From: a virus
Lineage: Duplodnaviria > Caudoviricetes
DNA: 62,258 nt
IMG/VR virus record: IMGVR_UViG_3300035701_000028
Span: 1 to 62,258 of that record
Direction: 5' to 3' (one strand)
The first letter of the stretch is position 1. The number at the start of each line of letters is the position of its first letter. The notes below the pieces were generated by a model. That model saw only the letters and a program-made list of their open reading frames with translations, did no database searches and was not told the DNA's origin. This document shows, one piece after another, positions 25,875 to 35,573 of this stretch. The position numbers were made by a program, and so were the translations under genes.

Positions 25875-28327
25875 TATCCCAACTCGACGAGGTTGCAGGG
25901 CAGGATCATGTCGAGTTCGGTCAAGCCCCGTTGCTCGTCACTTTGCCGCTCAACTGCAAGCTCCTGGAGCGAGGAGACATAGCAGGAATGGATGACACCC
26001 CACAGGTCTACAAAGGTAATGGGGCTCTTGCTGTTGCGGGCCGTGCGTAGTTCGTCCCGCATCTCGCGCGCGGTGCGCGGGTCGGTCTTCCCTCCGAAGT
26101 CCAGGTTCTTCCCAGCCAGGATGCGCATCGAGTAGCCGTAGAGAACCTCGGGCCGCATGATGAAGCGCAGGGTCAGGCCCTCCAGGACGGGCGTGGAGGC
26201 CGAAGAGTTCGTCGCAAGATCGGCTCTGATCTGGATGTTGTAGTATTCGATCGAACCCGACAGGTTCAGAATTGTGATTCCATCCGCGCTGACGACACCC
26301 CAGGAGACCCACGATCCTCCATCGATAGAGTAGTAGATCGTTATGGTGCGCGCCCCCACAGACAAGTTGCTGGCTTCCACGATGATCGACGGGCTCGACT
26401 TCCTGACTCGGCGGAAGCCCATGTCCAAACGAGACGAGATCAGGCTATGCGTTCCACTCGTCGGGAAGTTCGAGTAGGGGAACTCGGACAGGTCTTGGAA
26501 CTGGAAGTAGTTGGTGTAGTCAGCAGTCGGGTGATCGACGTGATACCAGAGGCGGTTCCAGATGGCATCGTAATACATCGACGTAACGGTTCCACCCGCT
26601 GCGCCCCCGCTGACCAGACGCGCCAGCTTGTGCCAGCCCGTCCCATCCCAACAGAGCAGGTCTTCGGCGTAGGTTGCTTCATTCGTCCGGGCCGTCAGGT
26701 AGAGGAAGCGGCCCACCACCACGAGATTGTCGAAGCGCCCGTAGGTCACATAGGGGAAGGTATCCGAAATGCGTGGTGGAGTTATCTCGTTGTAGCGGAC
26801 GCCGTTCCATTGGTTCAATTTGTCCCGGATCGGGTAGACCAAGAAGTTGTTCCAGATCGCCATCGACCGGAAGTTCGTCGATGAGATTTGATCCGAGTAG
26901 TTGATCGTCCGAGAGAAGATGTTGGCTTCGCCGCTCTGAACCCAAAGTCCATCCTGTCGGGCAACATTCAGCTTGCCCGCGAAGGAAAGCGCAGAGAGAG
27001 TCGGGATAGCTCCCGCCCCACAGTAAATCTTATCTGTATCTGCAAGTCCGCCTTCCAGGGCGCTCAGATCGTCCGATCCGTCGTAGTGTACCCTGGCCGA
27101 TCCGTCCTTGCCCGCGTAGACATTGCCGCCATGGATGACAGCCCACTTGAAATCGACCGCGCTACCGTCCGCGCCTGCGTCCGTCCAATCATCTCCGGTC
27201 AAACCACCCGTACTCGACTTGCGTGGGCGCTCCCCGTCCGGGAAGGCGAAGATGTATCCGCCCGTCGAGAGCAAGCAATTGACGACACAGTTGTAGGCGA
27301 CGGGCTGGAGCGCTACGGCAAGGTGCGCGTAGGCCCGCGATGTCGTCCACGACCAACTCATTGTGGTCGTGGATGCCTTGCCCGGTTCGGTTGAGCCCGC
27401 CCCTGTCACGGTGCTGGTTACTGTATTCGATGCGAGGAAGCGCTGAGTCTGCAAGGCTCCAACGGTCTCGGCATCCGCCACTCCGTAGGCTTTCGCCAGA
27501 AAATCAAGGACGATATCCCCAACCTGGCTGGCAGGAGTCTGCGATACAGACGTTCCAGCTCCGTTCGTCTTCGATGTTGCACGGAAGGGCGTCACTTGCA
27601 AGACATGGAAGTAGGAGACAGTCCCTACCACCACACCACAGGCCGAAGCCGCCATCGTTACGACGACATCATTCGCTCCCGTCTTCGGGGCCAGCTTGTA
27701 CCAGACCTCGACGCGCGGGGTGACGGCTCCATGTTGATCGAGCAGCAGCAGAGCATCTCCGCCGTAGGTAATGCCGGAGACGGTATTGGTGTTGGAAATC
27801 TCGACGGAGACGACGAGTATCCCATTCGGATTGGTCGTCGTCGTATGGGAGACCGTCACCGTCCAGGGCGCACCCGAGAGGTAGGCAGTCGTCGAGGTTG
27901 CAGCATCGAAAGAGGGAGACCAGAAGTTGACTGCGGCCCAGGTCGCACCATCGTAGCGGCGGATGCCGTTCGGCCCATAGGAGAACAGGTACGCGCCGAA
28001 GGTCGTATACCCTTCCTTGACGAAGTTATCCGTCTCGGATGCAGTCGGCTGGGTAAAGAGCATGGCGACCCCAGCCTGCCGGGTATCGATCGAGCCGTCC
28101 GTATTCAGGTAGCCTTGTGGATCAGAGTACCACTCGAAGCCGAAGCCGTGCCGCCAGTCCGTTTGTAGCAAGGGCTGGTAGAGGCCAAGTTCGGAATGGA
28201 TAATGCTGCCGCCCGGAGTTTGGGCGCGCGGCGAGAAGTCTACAATGTCATCGCACTTGTAGCTTGCCAGATCAATCCGGTAGAACTTGCCGTTGATCTG
28301 AACGTCGCCGCGATCGTAGCGTCCCAT
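25874..28327 (-). CDS. Podovirus-type tail nozzle/DNA-stabilisation protein
   Basis: 817 aa, beta-propeller-like, QTDWRHGFG; position after the adaptor. Confidence 0.6.
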   Translation of the reverse strand: MGRYDRGDVQINGKFYRIDLASYKCDDIVDFSPRAQTPGGSIIHSELGLYQPLLQTDWRHGFGFEWYSDPQGYLNTDGSIDTRQAGVAMLFTQPTASETDNFVKEGYTTFGAYLFSYGPNGIRRYDGATWAAVNFWSPSFDAATSTTAYLSGAPWTVTVSHTTTTNPNGILVVSVEISNTNTVSGITYGGDALLLLDQHGAVTPRVEVWYKLAPKTGANDVVVTMAASACGVVVGTVSYFHVLQVTPFRATSKTNGAGTSVSQTPASQVGDIVLDFLAKAYGVADAETVGALQTQRFLASNTVTSTVTGAGSTEPGKASTTTMSWSWTTSRAYAHLAVALQPVAYNCVVNCLLSTGGYIFAFPDGERPRKSSTGGLTGDDWTDAGADGSAVDFKWAVIHGGNVYAGKDGSARVHYDGSDDLSALEGGLADTDKIYCGAGAIPTLSALSFAGKLNVARQDGLWVQSGEANIFSRTINYSDQISSTNFRSMAIWNNFLVYPIRDKLNQWNGVRYNEITPPRISDTFPYVTYGRFDNLVVVGRFLYLTARTNEATYAEDLLCWDGTGWHKLARLVSGGAAGGTVTSMYYDAIWNRLWYHVDHPTADYTNYFQFQDLSEFPYSNFPTSGTHSLISSRLDMGFRRVRKSSPSIIVEASNLSVGARTITIYYSIDGGSWVSWGVVSADGITILNLSGSIEYYNIQIRADLATNSSASTPVLEGLTLRFIMRPEVLYGYSMRILAGKNLDFGGKTDPRTAREMRDELRTARNSKSPITFVDLWGVIHSCYVSSLQELAVERQSDEQRGLTELDMILPCNLVELG

Positions 28328-28945
28328 TTAGAGGATGCTCCTTGGAGGCGGAGGATAGGCTTTTCGTGCCGAAGCTTCATCGAAGTAGATGTAGCCCGTC
28401 CCACCCCCCGGCTTGGGTTCCGCTATCTTCTCCCCCCTGACTCTGCGCAGTATGTAGTTCACCATGTAGTCACTCAGAGACCGATCGGTGAGCAAGCGAT
28501 TGATCCATCCCTGGTAGTCGGTTGGTACTTTGGGACGGGGCGGCATGAACTCCGGCCCACCCGGTCTGGTCTTCGGCCCTTGCAGCGCCTTGACCCAATC
28601 CGGCATAACCCCACCCCGAAAGGCGATCCCCGGATTCTTCAGCATGTTCTCCCACATCGCGTCGAGGGACGAGACATCCCAACCACCAAGCCCCCTGCCG
28701 ATCTCTCCATGAAGTTGCGGCATTTCTGTATCGAAGCCCGTCAGGTATCCTTGCCCAAGGCCCCCCGCGTATTCCTTGGGCGGCTTCATGAGATTGCCTA
28801 GCTTCTGTTGATCTTCCCAGGTTATGCCGCCAGGGAGTTCGGGAGGTTGGTAGATTTCTGGGCCACCCGGCCATGACTCAGGAATTCCCAGGCGCTTCCT
28901 GCGCTCGGCTTCTGTTTCTACGATTCCAATTCCAGTAGGTGACAT
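28328..28945 (-). CDS. Pro/Gly-rich hypothetical virion protein
   Basis: GGAGG RBS; fills the operon gap. Confidence 0.55.
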   Translation of the reverse strand: MSPTGIGIVETEAERRKRLGIPESWPGGPEIYQPPELPGGITWEDQQKLGNLMKPPKEYAGGLGQGYLTGFDTEMPQLHGEIGRGLGGWDVSSLDAMWENMLKNPGIAFRGGVMPDWVKALQGPKTRPGGPEFMPPRPKVPTDYQGWINRLLTDRSLSDYMVNYILRRVRGEKIAEPKPGGGTGYIYFDEASARKAYPPPPRSIL

Positions 28946-28957
28946 CTTAGACCTCCC

Positions 28958-30070
28958 CTAGAAGGGATAGTCAGGATTGTAGGAGGCTCCCCTAAAATCT
29001 GACTCCTGCCAGAGAGTTTGAGACGGCCCACGCCGCGCCCGATTCGTAAGGTACAGGCCCGCCTTCTCAATGTAGCGCTGCTCTTCCTGCAGATGGGCAG
29101 TACGGTCGAAGCGATTGTCGCCCGCCCGATACCCATGAAGGAAAGCGATCGCCCGGTACATCAGGTAGTTCGCATCGACGGCAGTCACACTCGCTTCAGT
29201 CGTCAATTCGGTCAGGACGGCTTCGTATTGGAAGCGGAAGCGCAGTCCAAGGAACGACTCCAGGGTTCCGGGGAAGAAGACCTTGGAGGGGAAATCTGGT
29301 ACGTCGGGACGCATAGCGGTCAAACGAACCCACTCAACTCTTTGCTCTGCTGGATTCCATAGCGCATACTTTGAGGTCGCATCGGGGGCCGTTGCCCAAT
29401 TGACCGAGACTAGGATGCGCTTGGTTGCAGCGGTCGTATCCGAGACTGTCCTGAGTTGCCCGACTCCGGTTCCTTTGTAAATGCTTATCATCCACCCATT
29501 GAACTGATCGTCTACCATCGGTAGACTTGTATCCTCTAGGTAGGTGACGGCCCCGCCCGATGCGGTGTCGCGGATGATGGAAGTGGAAGCAGGAGTTTCG
29601 ACCCATACCTTGAGAAGCTGTCGGGCCGCAAACGTCAGGTCGTACTCCAATACATCTTCCCTGACGATCATGGTCTCATCTAGGGAGTAGTCTGCGAAGG
29701 CGTCCCACCCCTCGCGGATCGCCTGGTTGAGTGCGTGGCGGATGTCGTAGGCGTTCCAGCGCGAATGAATCTCGTAAAGGTTGCCAGCCGCAGGCGTTCC
29801 GGAGAAGGCGTACTCGGGGAGGATGGAGTCGGTGGATGCTACAAAGTCGGTGATTCGGCGCACGTCGCCCGCAGCGGGGCCATCCACGATGAATACCCAA
29901 TCCCCATTCCAATAATCATCTGCTTGGACGAGTTTGGAGTCGAAGAGTGCGGTTGTCGTAGGCGTCCCGGTCAGGACACTATTGGTATCGAAGATGCCGA
30001 AGAACGGCATCCTGAGTTCTCGGCAGATGTCGCGCCGAAGTTGAGTCAGGGTTTTCGTAGGTTCAGCCAT
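28958..30070 (-). CDS. Head-tail adaptor-like protein with internal repeats
   Basis: TLTQLRRDI start, ALNQAIRE; two DD.(W/F)NG...G..AG..R...D repeats. Confidence 0.6.
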   Translation of the reverse strand: MAEPTKTLTQLRRDICRELRMPFFGIFDTNSVLTGTPTTTALFDSKLVQADDYWNGDWVFIVDGPAAGDVRRITDFVASTDSILPEYAFSGTPAAGNLYEIHSRWNAYDIRHALNQAIREGWDAFADYSLDETMIVREDVLEYDLTFAARQLLKVWVETPASTSIIRDTASGGAVTYLEDTSLPMVDDQFNGWMISIYKGTGVGQLRTVSDTTAATKRILVSVNWATAPDATSKYALWNPAEQRVEWVRLTAMRPDVPDFPSKVFFPGTLESFLGLRFRFQYEAVLTELTTEASVTAVDANYLMYRAIAFLHGYRAGDNRFDRTAHLQEEQRYIEKAGLYLTNRARRGPSQTLWQESDFRGASYNPDYPF

Positions 30071-30166
30071 GCGCTATCTCCACATAGACCAAGACTGCCA
30101 AAGCCGTCAGCGCAAGTACGAGCGCTAAATTGATAAGGAACTCAACAACGTCCCACCAATCTCTCA

Positions 30167-30424
30167 TCATCTTGTTCCTCTGCGCCGTGTTCTCATGCGC
30201 CGCCTTCGCGATCCAAACCCTCCTGCACCTGGAGCACCCGGAGTGTAGAGCCAAGGAGCGCCGAAGGCTTCCGCACTAGGGATGCTGTCCGGGGTAATGG
30301 AGAGACTGAGCAGGTTGAACGTCCCAAACGCCTCGGCACTCGTAATCCCATCAAGGACGATAGTATCGTACCCCCCTACTGCCTTTCCTCCAAACCATCC
30401 CCATTGGATTGTTAGGGCATCCAT
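30167..30424 (-). CDS. Small virion protein
   Basis: Two I.SAEAFG repeats, Arg-rich tail. Confidence 0.55.
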   Translation of the reverse strand: MDALTIQWGWFGGKAVGGYDTIVLDGITSAEAFGTFNLLSLSITPDSIPSAEAFGAPWLYTPGAPGAGGFGSRRRRMRTRRRGTR

Positions 30425-31264
30425 TTAGGTCGTATCCAATGACTGAATCGGCAACTGCCCAGAATCCGTAGCGATGGTCTGTGTGTATGCAGCGGTAGAG
30501 TCGTCCTCCTCATAGACTGTCAGAGTCGAGCCAGAGATCGCGACTTTGTTCATCAGTTTGCGGATAGCGTTGAGCAGGGAACGGGACGCGGGCGTTCCGA
30601 CTGTGGACAGATCGCGAAGGAGAACCAACTCCGCCGCGTCAAAGCATGGAATGACGATATAGATGGAAGTGGCATCCGGCTCTGTCGCCCATGCACGATC
30701 TACTGTCGCGACCTTTCCCACTGTGTAGTCGGTAATGAGCCTTACCTGTCCGATCCCTGTGCCACCAATGACGACGACGAGTGAGCCGTTGTAGTAGTCC
30801 GCAGTAGCAGCACCCGTCAGAGTAATTGATGATGGCCCACCTGCCGACGCTGTGCCTGTATCGACGACCATGCCACTCAGCAAGCGAAGCCTGCGACCCG
30901 CAGAATTGGCCGCGTCGTGCGTTCCAGTCCCGAGGACTTCATCCCATACATCGTCGGCGATGTATTGTCCCAAGTCTTCCGGGTCTTGCGTAACGACCTG
31001 GAAGATCACATCGGTCGGATCGGCTCCGGTCGCAGTAATGTGAAGGACGAGATCGCCCAGCGTATCGGTATGATCGTAGGTCAAGGAAACAGAGTACCAT
31101 CCCGATCCCCGTTCGGTCACAGAGGGGGAGATTGACCCGAACGCTGCCCCAGCCTTGCTTGCAGTAATAGCTAGAGTCAGCCCGGTCTTGCCCGACACAT
31201 GATCCGATGAGTCGGTCATGAAGACCATACGATCGGTATCATTCCCGATCCAAAGTTGTCTCAT
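30425..31264 (-). CDS. Virion structural protein
   Basis: DHVSGKTGLT, GWYSVSLT; DYYNG..GTGIGQVR repeat. Confidence 0.65.
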   Translation of the reverse strand: MRQLWIGNDTDRMVFMTDSSDHVSGKTGLTLAITASKAGAAFGSISPSVTERGSGWYSVSLTYDHTDTLGDLVLHITATGADPTDVIFQVVTQDPEDLGQYIADDVWDEVLGTGTHDAANSAGRRLRLLSGMVVDTGTASAGGPSSITLTGAATADYYNGSLVVVIGGTGIGQVRLITDYTVGKVATVDRAWATEPDATSIYIVIPCFDAAELVLLRDLSTVGTPASRSLLNAIRKLMNKVAISGSTLTVYEEDDSTAAYTQTIATDSGQLPIQSLDTT

Positions 31265-31527
31265 TCGTTTACCACCCTGCCCCGACTGTAGGTGTTTCCA
31301 CCTGCTCCGGGGGAGTAGGTTCCAGTAAACTCATTTCCGTTGTTGCCATACTCAACACCCGCCAGGACTTGTGTTGGAATAGGAACAGTCCTCGGCGCAT
31401 TGATGAGATAGACCTTGCGATCAGTCGGCGCGAAGACGCGCACAGCCGCCAGTCCCATCGCCAGCCGAATGTTATTGGGAGTGGCATCAAACGCCAAGCA
31501 AGTCAACGGATACGTCTGACTAGGCAC
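31261..31527 (-). CDS. Small virion protein
   Basis: VLAGVEYG...FTGT motif; ATGA coupling. Confidence 0.55.
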   Translation of the reverse strand: MPSQTYPLTCLAFDATPNNIRLAMGLAAVRVFAPTDRKVYLINAPRTVPIPTQVLAGVEYGNNGNEFTGTYSPGAGGNTYSRGRVVNE

Positions 31528-31541
31528 AGGTCAAGTTCCTT

Positions 31542-32048
31542 CTAGGAACCAGTCAAGTTCCTCACAGTCACACCGCCCCGGCTACCATCGTAGGCTTCGA
31601 CCTTCCACTTCACGTTCGGGCTGTTGGATGAAACAGCGAACCCAAAGAAGCCATTGGCATCTGAGACGGTCGTAGCAAAGATCCAGGGCTGATGCGCGTC
31701 GGGCCAGTCTACTGACATAAGCCACAACTCAACTGTCATCCCAGGAAGCGGATCACCTGCACTATCGAGTGTCTGCCCCTGGACGCTATACGAGAATGCT
31801 TTCGTCCCCGCAAAGCGGATGTCGTCGTCATAGGAGAGGATTTTCATCACCGACATCCCGGTTTCTTCTCCGCCCATCATATCGCTGGGGGGCCAAAGAT
31901 TGTATGGGTTTCTTGATCCTGGCGCATCCTCCTTGTCCCGGATGTCTCGTTCTGGCGGGAAGGCATAGAGAAAGTTGAGCCAACGATCAGCCCGACGAAC
32001 TCCATCAGGCGTACCAACCGTACCGGAGCCAAGAATCTTCCCTGGCAT
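31542..32048 (-). CDS. Protein with C-terminal prealbumin/carboxypeptidase-regulatory-like fold
   Basis: GQTLDSAGDPLPGMTVEL..TVSDANGFFGF. Confidence 0.6.
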   Translation of the reverse strand: MPGKILGSGTVGTPDGVRRADRWLNFLYAFPPERDIRDKEDAPGSRNPYNLWPPSDMMGGEETGMSVMKILSYDDDIRFAGTKAFSYSVQGQTLDSAGDPLPGMTVELWLMSVDWPDAHQPWIFATTVSDANGFFGFAVSSNSPNVKWKVEAYDGSRGGVTVRNLTGS

Positions 32049-32299
32049 TATCGATACCCTCCCTTCCCATCAGAGACGAACACCGGAGTAGCATTGTGGT
32101 ATTCGCCAAGCATGGCGGTCGTCTCATGACTGTGGCAGTAGGGACATGGTTGCCGTTCTGCTTCCGCCCAGGTGCGGGTCGTCACGATGAAGAAGCGGTA
32201 GCAGGCGCAGCAAACCATGTCCCTCTCGGACGGCCCAGCAGTCTGTCGGCCCCCCGAGTGTAGCGTGGGCATCTTGTTTATGAAGATGGTTGTGCCCAT
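32048..32299 (-). CDS. Zn-ribbon protein
   Basis: CxxC...CPYC; TAATG coupling. Confidence 0.6.
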   Translation of the reverse strand: MGTTIFINKMPTLHSGGRQTAGPSERDMVCCACYRFFIVTTRTWAEAERQPCPYCHSHETTAMLGEYHNATPVFVSDGKGGYR

Positions 32300-32305
32300 T
32301 GCGGT

Positions 32306-32734
32306 CTACTCGTCAACGACTACATGGCAATCATATAGACTGACCGCCGCGATGTTCCAGTTGACAAGTGACCCCGAAGCCGCGATCACGATGCCGCGCG
32401 GGAAGGTCAGGAGTACGCCTGCGCCAATCGCGGCGGCAATGTTCAAGCGCCGGAAGAAGTTGAGCGGGACGGTGGGCGCAGTTCCCCAGGCCAAGGCCGT
32501 CTGCGTCAACCCGGTGCTTTCGGCAGGGTCTTCTGCAAGCACCGTCACAGGTGAGGTCGGAGTCACGCCGATAGCCTGTGGACGCCCAAGGCCGATGGGC
32601 GATTGCGTCGCCGCATTGAGCCAGATGCCCATCTCCAGCAGCCTCGGTCGGTTGGTTGCCGCCGCTCGTATCTCAAGCGATGCCGCTGTCGTTGTTGCAA
32701 TGCCCGTTCGGTTTGCAAGACTGTAGATTGCCAT
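32306..32734 (-). CDS. Virion structural protein
   Basis: GGAGG RBS, beta-rich. Confidence 0.65.
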   Translation of the reverse strand: MAIYSLANRTGIATTTAASLEIRAAATNRPRLLEMGIWLNAATQSPIGLGRPQAIGVTPTSPVTVLAEDPAESTGLTQTALAWGTAPTVPLNFFRRLNIAAAIGAGVLLTFPRGIVIAASGSLVNWNIAAVSLYDCHVVVDE

Positions 32735-32749
32735 TTCGATCCTCCAGAA

Positions 32750-33157
32750 CTAGAGTTTCAGAATCCTGTACGCTCCACTGCTCCATTGGATCATGATATC
32801 CGTTCCTACGGGCGTAAACGGAAGGCCCGTCCCGGAGTCGATGTAGGCGATCAATGGAGAAGTCGCCGGGTCTCCGGTATCCTTGAAGAGCACAACGGCC
32901 TCGAACTCATCGCCGCTGACGCTGGTAATCAAAAGGTCGGACGCATCCAGGACGCCCGCATCCGAGTTCTTTCCCGTCAACGCGCCGGATGTCTTGACCC
33001 GCGCCCCAACAGGAACATCCGACAAGAACTCGTGGGTTGTAAGGTTCACCGTATAGTCGGCGGCATCGACCAGGACAACCTTGATCGTATCCAGCAGCCA
33101 ATCGATATCGGCGTCCGCAAATTTCTTGCGGCCCAGGTCGTACATTCCAGAAGTCAC
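32750..33157 (-). CDS. Conserved virion protein (IDWLLDTIKVVL...GLPFTPVGTDI)
   Basis: Motif pattern seen in phage minor structural proteins. Confidence 0.65.
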   Translation of the reverse strand: MTSGMYDLGRKKFADADIDWLLDTIKVVLVDAADYTVNLTTHEFLSDVPVGARVKTSGALTGKNSDAGVLDASDLLITSVSGDEFEAVVLFKDTGDPATSPLIAYIDSGTGLPFTPVGTDIMIQWSSGAYRILKL

Positions 33158-33408
33158 ATCCCCCTCCGGAAGAGAAAGTCATACAGCTTCCACCAGAGAG
33201 ACTTCCAGCGACCTGTAGGTAGGTCGGTCTGGATCAGGTTTCGCTTTCCAAGCGCGATCTCCTGTTCGCGTGCAGTCTTCTGTTCCATCAGCGCAGCAAT
33301 ACGACGCTTCTGGCGGCGTGCTTGCTCGATCGTCACGTCATGGCGCAGGAGTTCCTTGTGCAGTTCAGGGATTTCCATGTCGTCCAAGAAGATCGGTCTC
33401 TTAGCCAT
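33154..33408 (-). CDS. Hypothetical protein
   Basis: AGGAG RBS; coupled. Confidence 0.6.
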   Translation of the reverse strand: MAKRPIFLDDMEIPELHKELLRHDVTIEQARRQKRRIAALMEQKTAREQEIALGKRNLIQTDLPTGRWKSLWWKLYDFLFRRGM

Positions 33409-33416
33409 GTCATCTC

Positions 33417-33839
33417 CTAGAGAAGAGGAATCCCTTCGACGGTTGTATCCGCATGATCGGAGGCGGGCGTTCCAACGTAGTCCAGCCCGACCAGGAACTC
33501 GCGAGGAGTCATGACATTCACATTTTCTTGGGGAGAACCGCCCGCGAGACCGCCCGGATAGAGAGCATAGCGATACGTCCCCGCCGCGCTCAGGGTTGCC
33601 GTTGCCGCCCAGAGCAGGAGGTTCGAGCCGCTTGCCAGCCGTAGATAGAGTTGAGGACGGAAGGTGGGCGTACCTGTCAGCGTCCCGACGACAACGATGA
33701 GATACAGACCATGGCCTGTCGGGTTGGAAAACACACCGCTGATACGATCCAGCGACGTTTCATCCTCGAAGGCCAGGATGACGAACGGATAAGCATTCTC
33801 TCCGAACCGGAGCGCAGCGTTCTGAGGAAGGTTTGGCAT
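33417..33839 (-). CDS. Virion beta-sandwich protein (paralog A)
   Basis: Aligns by eye with 33848-34270. Confidence 0.7.
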   Translation of the reverse strand: MPNLPQNAALRFGENAYPFVILAFEDETSLDRISGVFSNPTGHGLYLIVVVGTLTGTPTFRPQLYLRLASGSNLLLWAATATLSAAGTYRYALYPGGLAGGSPQENVNVMTPREFLVGLDYVGTPASDHADTTVEGIPLL

Positions 33840-33847
33840 GGGGCCTC

Positions 33848-34270
33848 CTAGATCAGATACGCTACTTCAGCGGAGAGAGTGCAGAAGTCTGTGTCGGGAG
33901 TCCCGGTGTAGTCGAGGGTCAGCCGCCACACGCGCGGCAACGCCAGATCGACCGATTCGGTCTCCGACCCGCCCGGAATGCCTCCGGGGTAGACAGTGTA
34001 GAAAGCAGTGGTCGCGGTGGAGATGACTGCCGCTGCCGTCCACAAGGTCAGAGCCGTGGATAGATCGGCCCGAAGGGTTTGGATCGCAGGGCGATAGGTG
34101 GGAGTTCCCGTCAGCGTCCCGGTTGTTATGGCGAGGATGAATCCGCGCGCTGTGGGATTGACGATCCAATCACAATTCGCGTCAAGCTGCATCTTTGCGG
34201 AAGAGAAGACTGAGAAGGCTACGGTGTTTTCATTCCACCGCATCTGAACAGTCTTAGGTGTAACTGGCAT
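33848..34270 (-). CDS. Virion beta-sandwich protein (paralog B)
   Basis: GTLTGTPT.RP, YPGG, LDY.GTP shared with paralog A. Confidence 0.7.
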   Translation of the reverse strand: MPVTPKTVQMRWNENTVAFSVFSSAKMQLDANCDWIVNPTARGFILAITTGTLTGTPTYRPAIQTLRADLSTALTLWTAAAVISTATTAFYTVYPGGIPGGSETESVDLALPRVWRLTLDYTGTPDTDFCTLSAEVAYLI

Positions 34271-34279
34271 CGTACCTCC

Positions 34280-35065
34280 TTAGAAGGCTCCATCGGCGGT
34301 GTGGAAGGTATCGGTTCCTGACCGATACTTCTGACTGATCTGACCCCACCGCTGCGCTAACGCGACATCTGATAGATCACCGGATAGCGCCTGTTGCCTT
34401 TCGGACAACTCTTGATGCTGTACCTGAATTTCTCGGATGCGTTCTGCTACGAGTGTTGGAACTTGCACAACCTCCCCTGGCTTGAATGACCACGCTCGGT
34501 GACGAATACGAATGACGAGCGGAACCTGCTTGGTGGCCCCATCGATGATCTCAAGAGTGTAGGGCCACATGACTTGCTCTTTCGGCATCGTTTCGACCAA
34601 GCGATCGAAAGCGATTCTGTTTACGCCCCCCTTGGCCTTCGCGTCATCGACATAGCCTCGGTACTGAGCGGACGCAGTTGCGATCAGTTTGTCCTTTCGC
34701 TCTCCCGTCAGCTTCAGCTTGTCGGCCCGCTGGATTGCATCATCGACAAATTTCGCCGGGTCAGAGTCAAACTTCTCTTCCGCCCTATCGTACCGATCCA
34801 TCCTCTCTGTAAGACGCTGGATGGATTCCTGTGCTTCTGTCACGCCCTGAGCCGCTTGGCGAACCAGGGCCATGTCCCCCCGTAGAAGCGCCTGCACTTG
34901 CAGAGCAATTTCCAGAGCCTCCCGATTTGTCTTCTTTGGGAAACTGGGCTCCAGTAGCGCATCGAGCGCTGGCGATCCGGTTTCTTTCACTCCATCTTTG
35001 AGGTCTCTGTTGATGTTCTCGACGACCTCTAGCCCCCGCACGACGATCTTTCTCGTCCTCCCCAT
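34280..35065 (-). CDS. Hypothetical head-associated protein
   Basis: Start reassigned to MGRTRK with AAGGAGG RBS. Confidence 0.65.
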   Translation of the reverse strand: MGRTRKIVVRGLEVVENINRDLKDGVKETGSPALDALLEPSFPKKTNREALEIALQVQALLRGDMALVRQAAQGVTEAQESIQRLTERMDRYDRAEEKFDSDPAKFVDDAIQRADKLKLTGERKDKLIATASAQYRGYVDDAKAKGGVNRIAFDRLVETMPKEQVMWPYTLEIIDGATKQVPLVIRIRHRAWSFKPGEVVQVPTLVAERIREIQVQHQELSERQQALSGDLSDVALAQRWGQISQKYRSGTDTFHTADGAF

Positions 35066-35081
35066 CCCAGCCTCCTTCGTT

Positions 35082-35111
35082 CGGAGGGCCGGGCTTTCTC
35101 CCCGGCCCTCC
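35082..35111. terminator. GC-rich hairpin
   Basis: GGAGGGCCGGG...CCCGGCCCTCC; no clear U tract. Confidence 0.5.
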
Positions 35112-35116
35112 ATTGA

Positions 35117-35131
35117 AAGTAACGGTTACTT
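35117..35131. promoter_or_regulatory. 15-bp palindromic site, copy 4
   Basis: AAGTAACGGTTACTT at the stop codon of 35130-35564. Confidence 0.8.
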
Positions 35132-35564
35132 AGGGCTGCTGGAGAATGTCGTAGAAGCGAACAGCAATCCAGAAGTACGCCCCACCAGCCGTCAGAGACG
35201 AGCCACCGATTGTCACGATCAGGTCAGCCCCCGTCGCATAGTCATAGAACACGGGGCCGGGAGTGGCCTTGACGTAGAAGCCAGCCGTGGTCGTGGTGAT
35301 GTCGGTCGTCGCCATGTGACGGCCCGTTGTACCGGACACCCCCAGCGAAAGCACCGGAGATGTTCCAGTCCAAAGAGGGTTGATCTCACAAGCGCACGCG
35401 ACAACGACGCAGCCTGACGGAATGCGGAAGATCGTTACTGGAGACGTATCGGTGTAGAGAATCTTGTCCGACTTGTACCAGTATTGCGCCGCCTTCAGGT
35501 AGTTCGAGACATCCTTGCCGAGCGCCTGCACCGGACGGAAGACAGGAGTGATGATAGTAGCCAT
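35130..35564 (-). CDS. Capsid decoration-like protein
   Basis: Paralog of 35574-36023; downstream of the MCP. Confidence 0.65.
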   Translation of the reverse strand: MATIITPVFRPVQALGKDVSNYLKAAQYWYKSDKILYTDTSPVTIFRIPSGCVVVACACEINPLWTGTSPVLSLGVSGTTGRHMATTDITTTTAGFYVKATPGPVFYDYATGADLIVTIGGSSLTAGGAYFWIAVRFYDILQQP

Positions 35565-35573
35565 CTATCCTCC

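Noticed and set aside
22769-28327. Diversity-generating retroelement (duplicated tail domain)
   Set aside because: No reverse transcriptase; similarity is protein-level, not a near-identical TR/VR pair with adenine-specific differences
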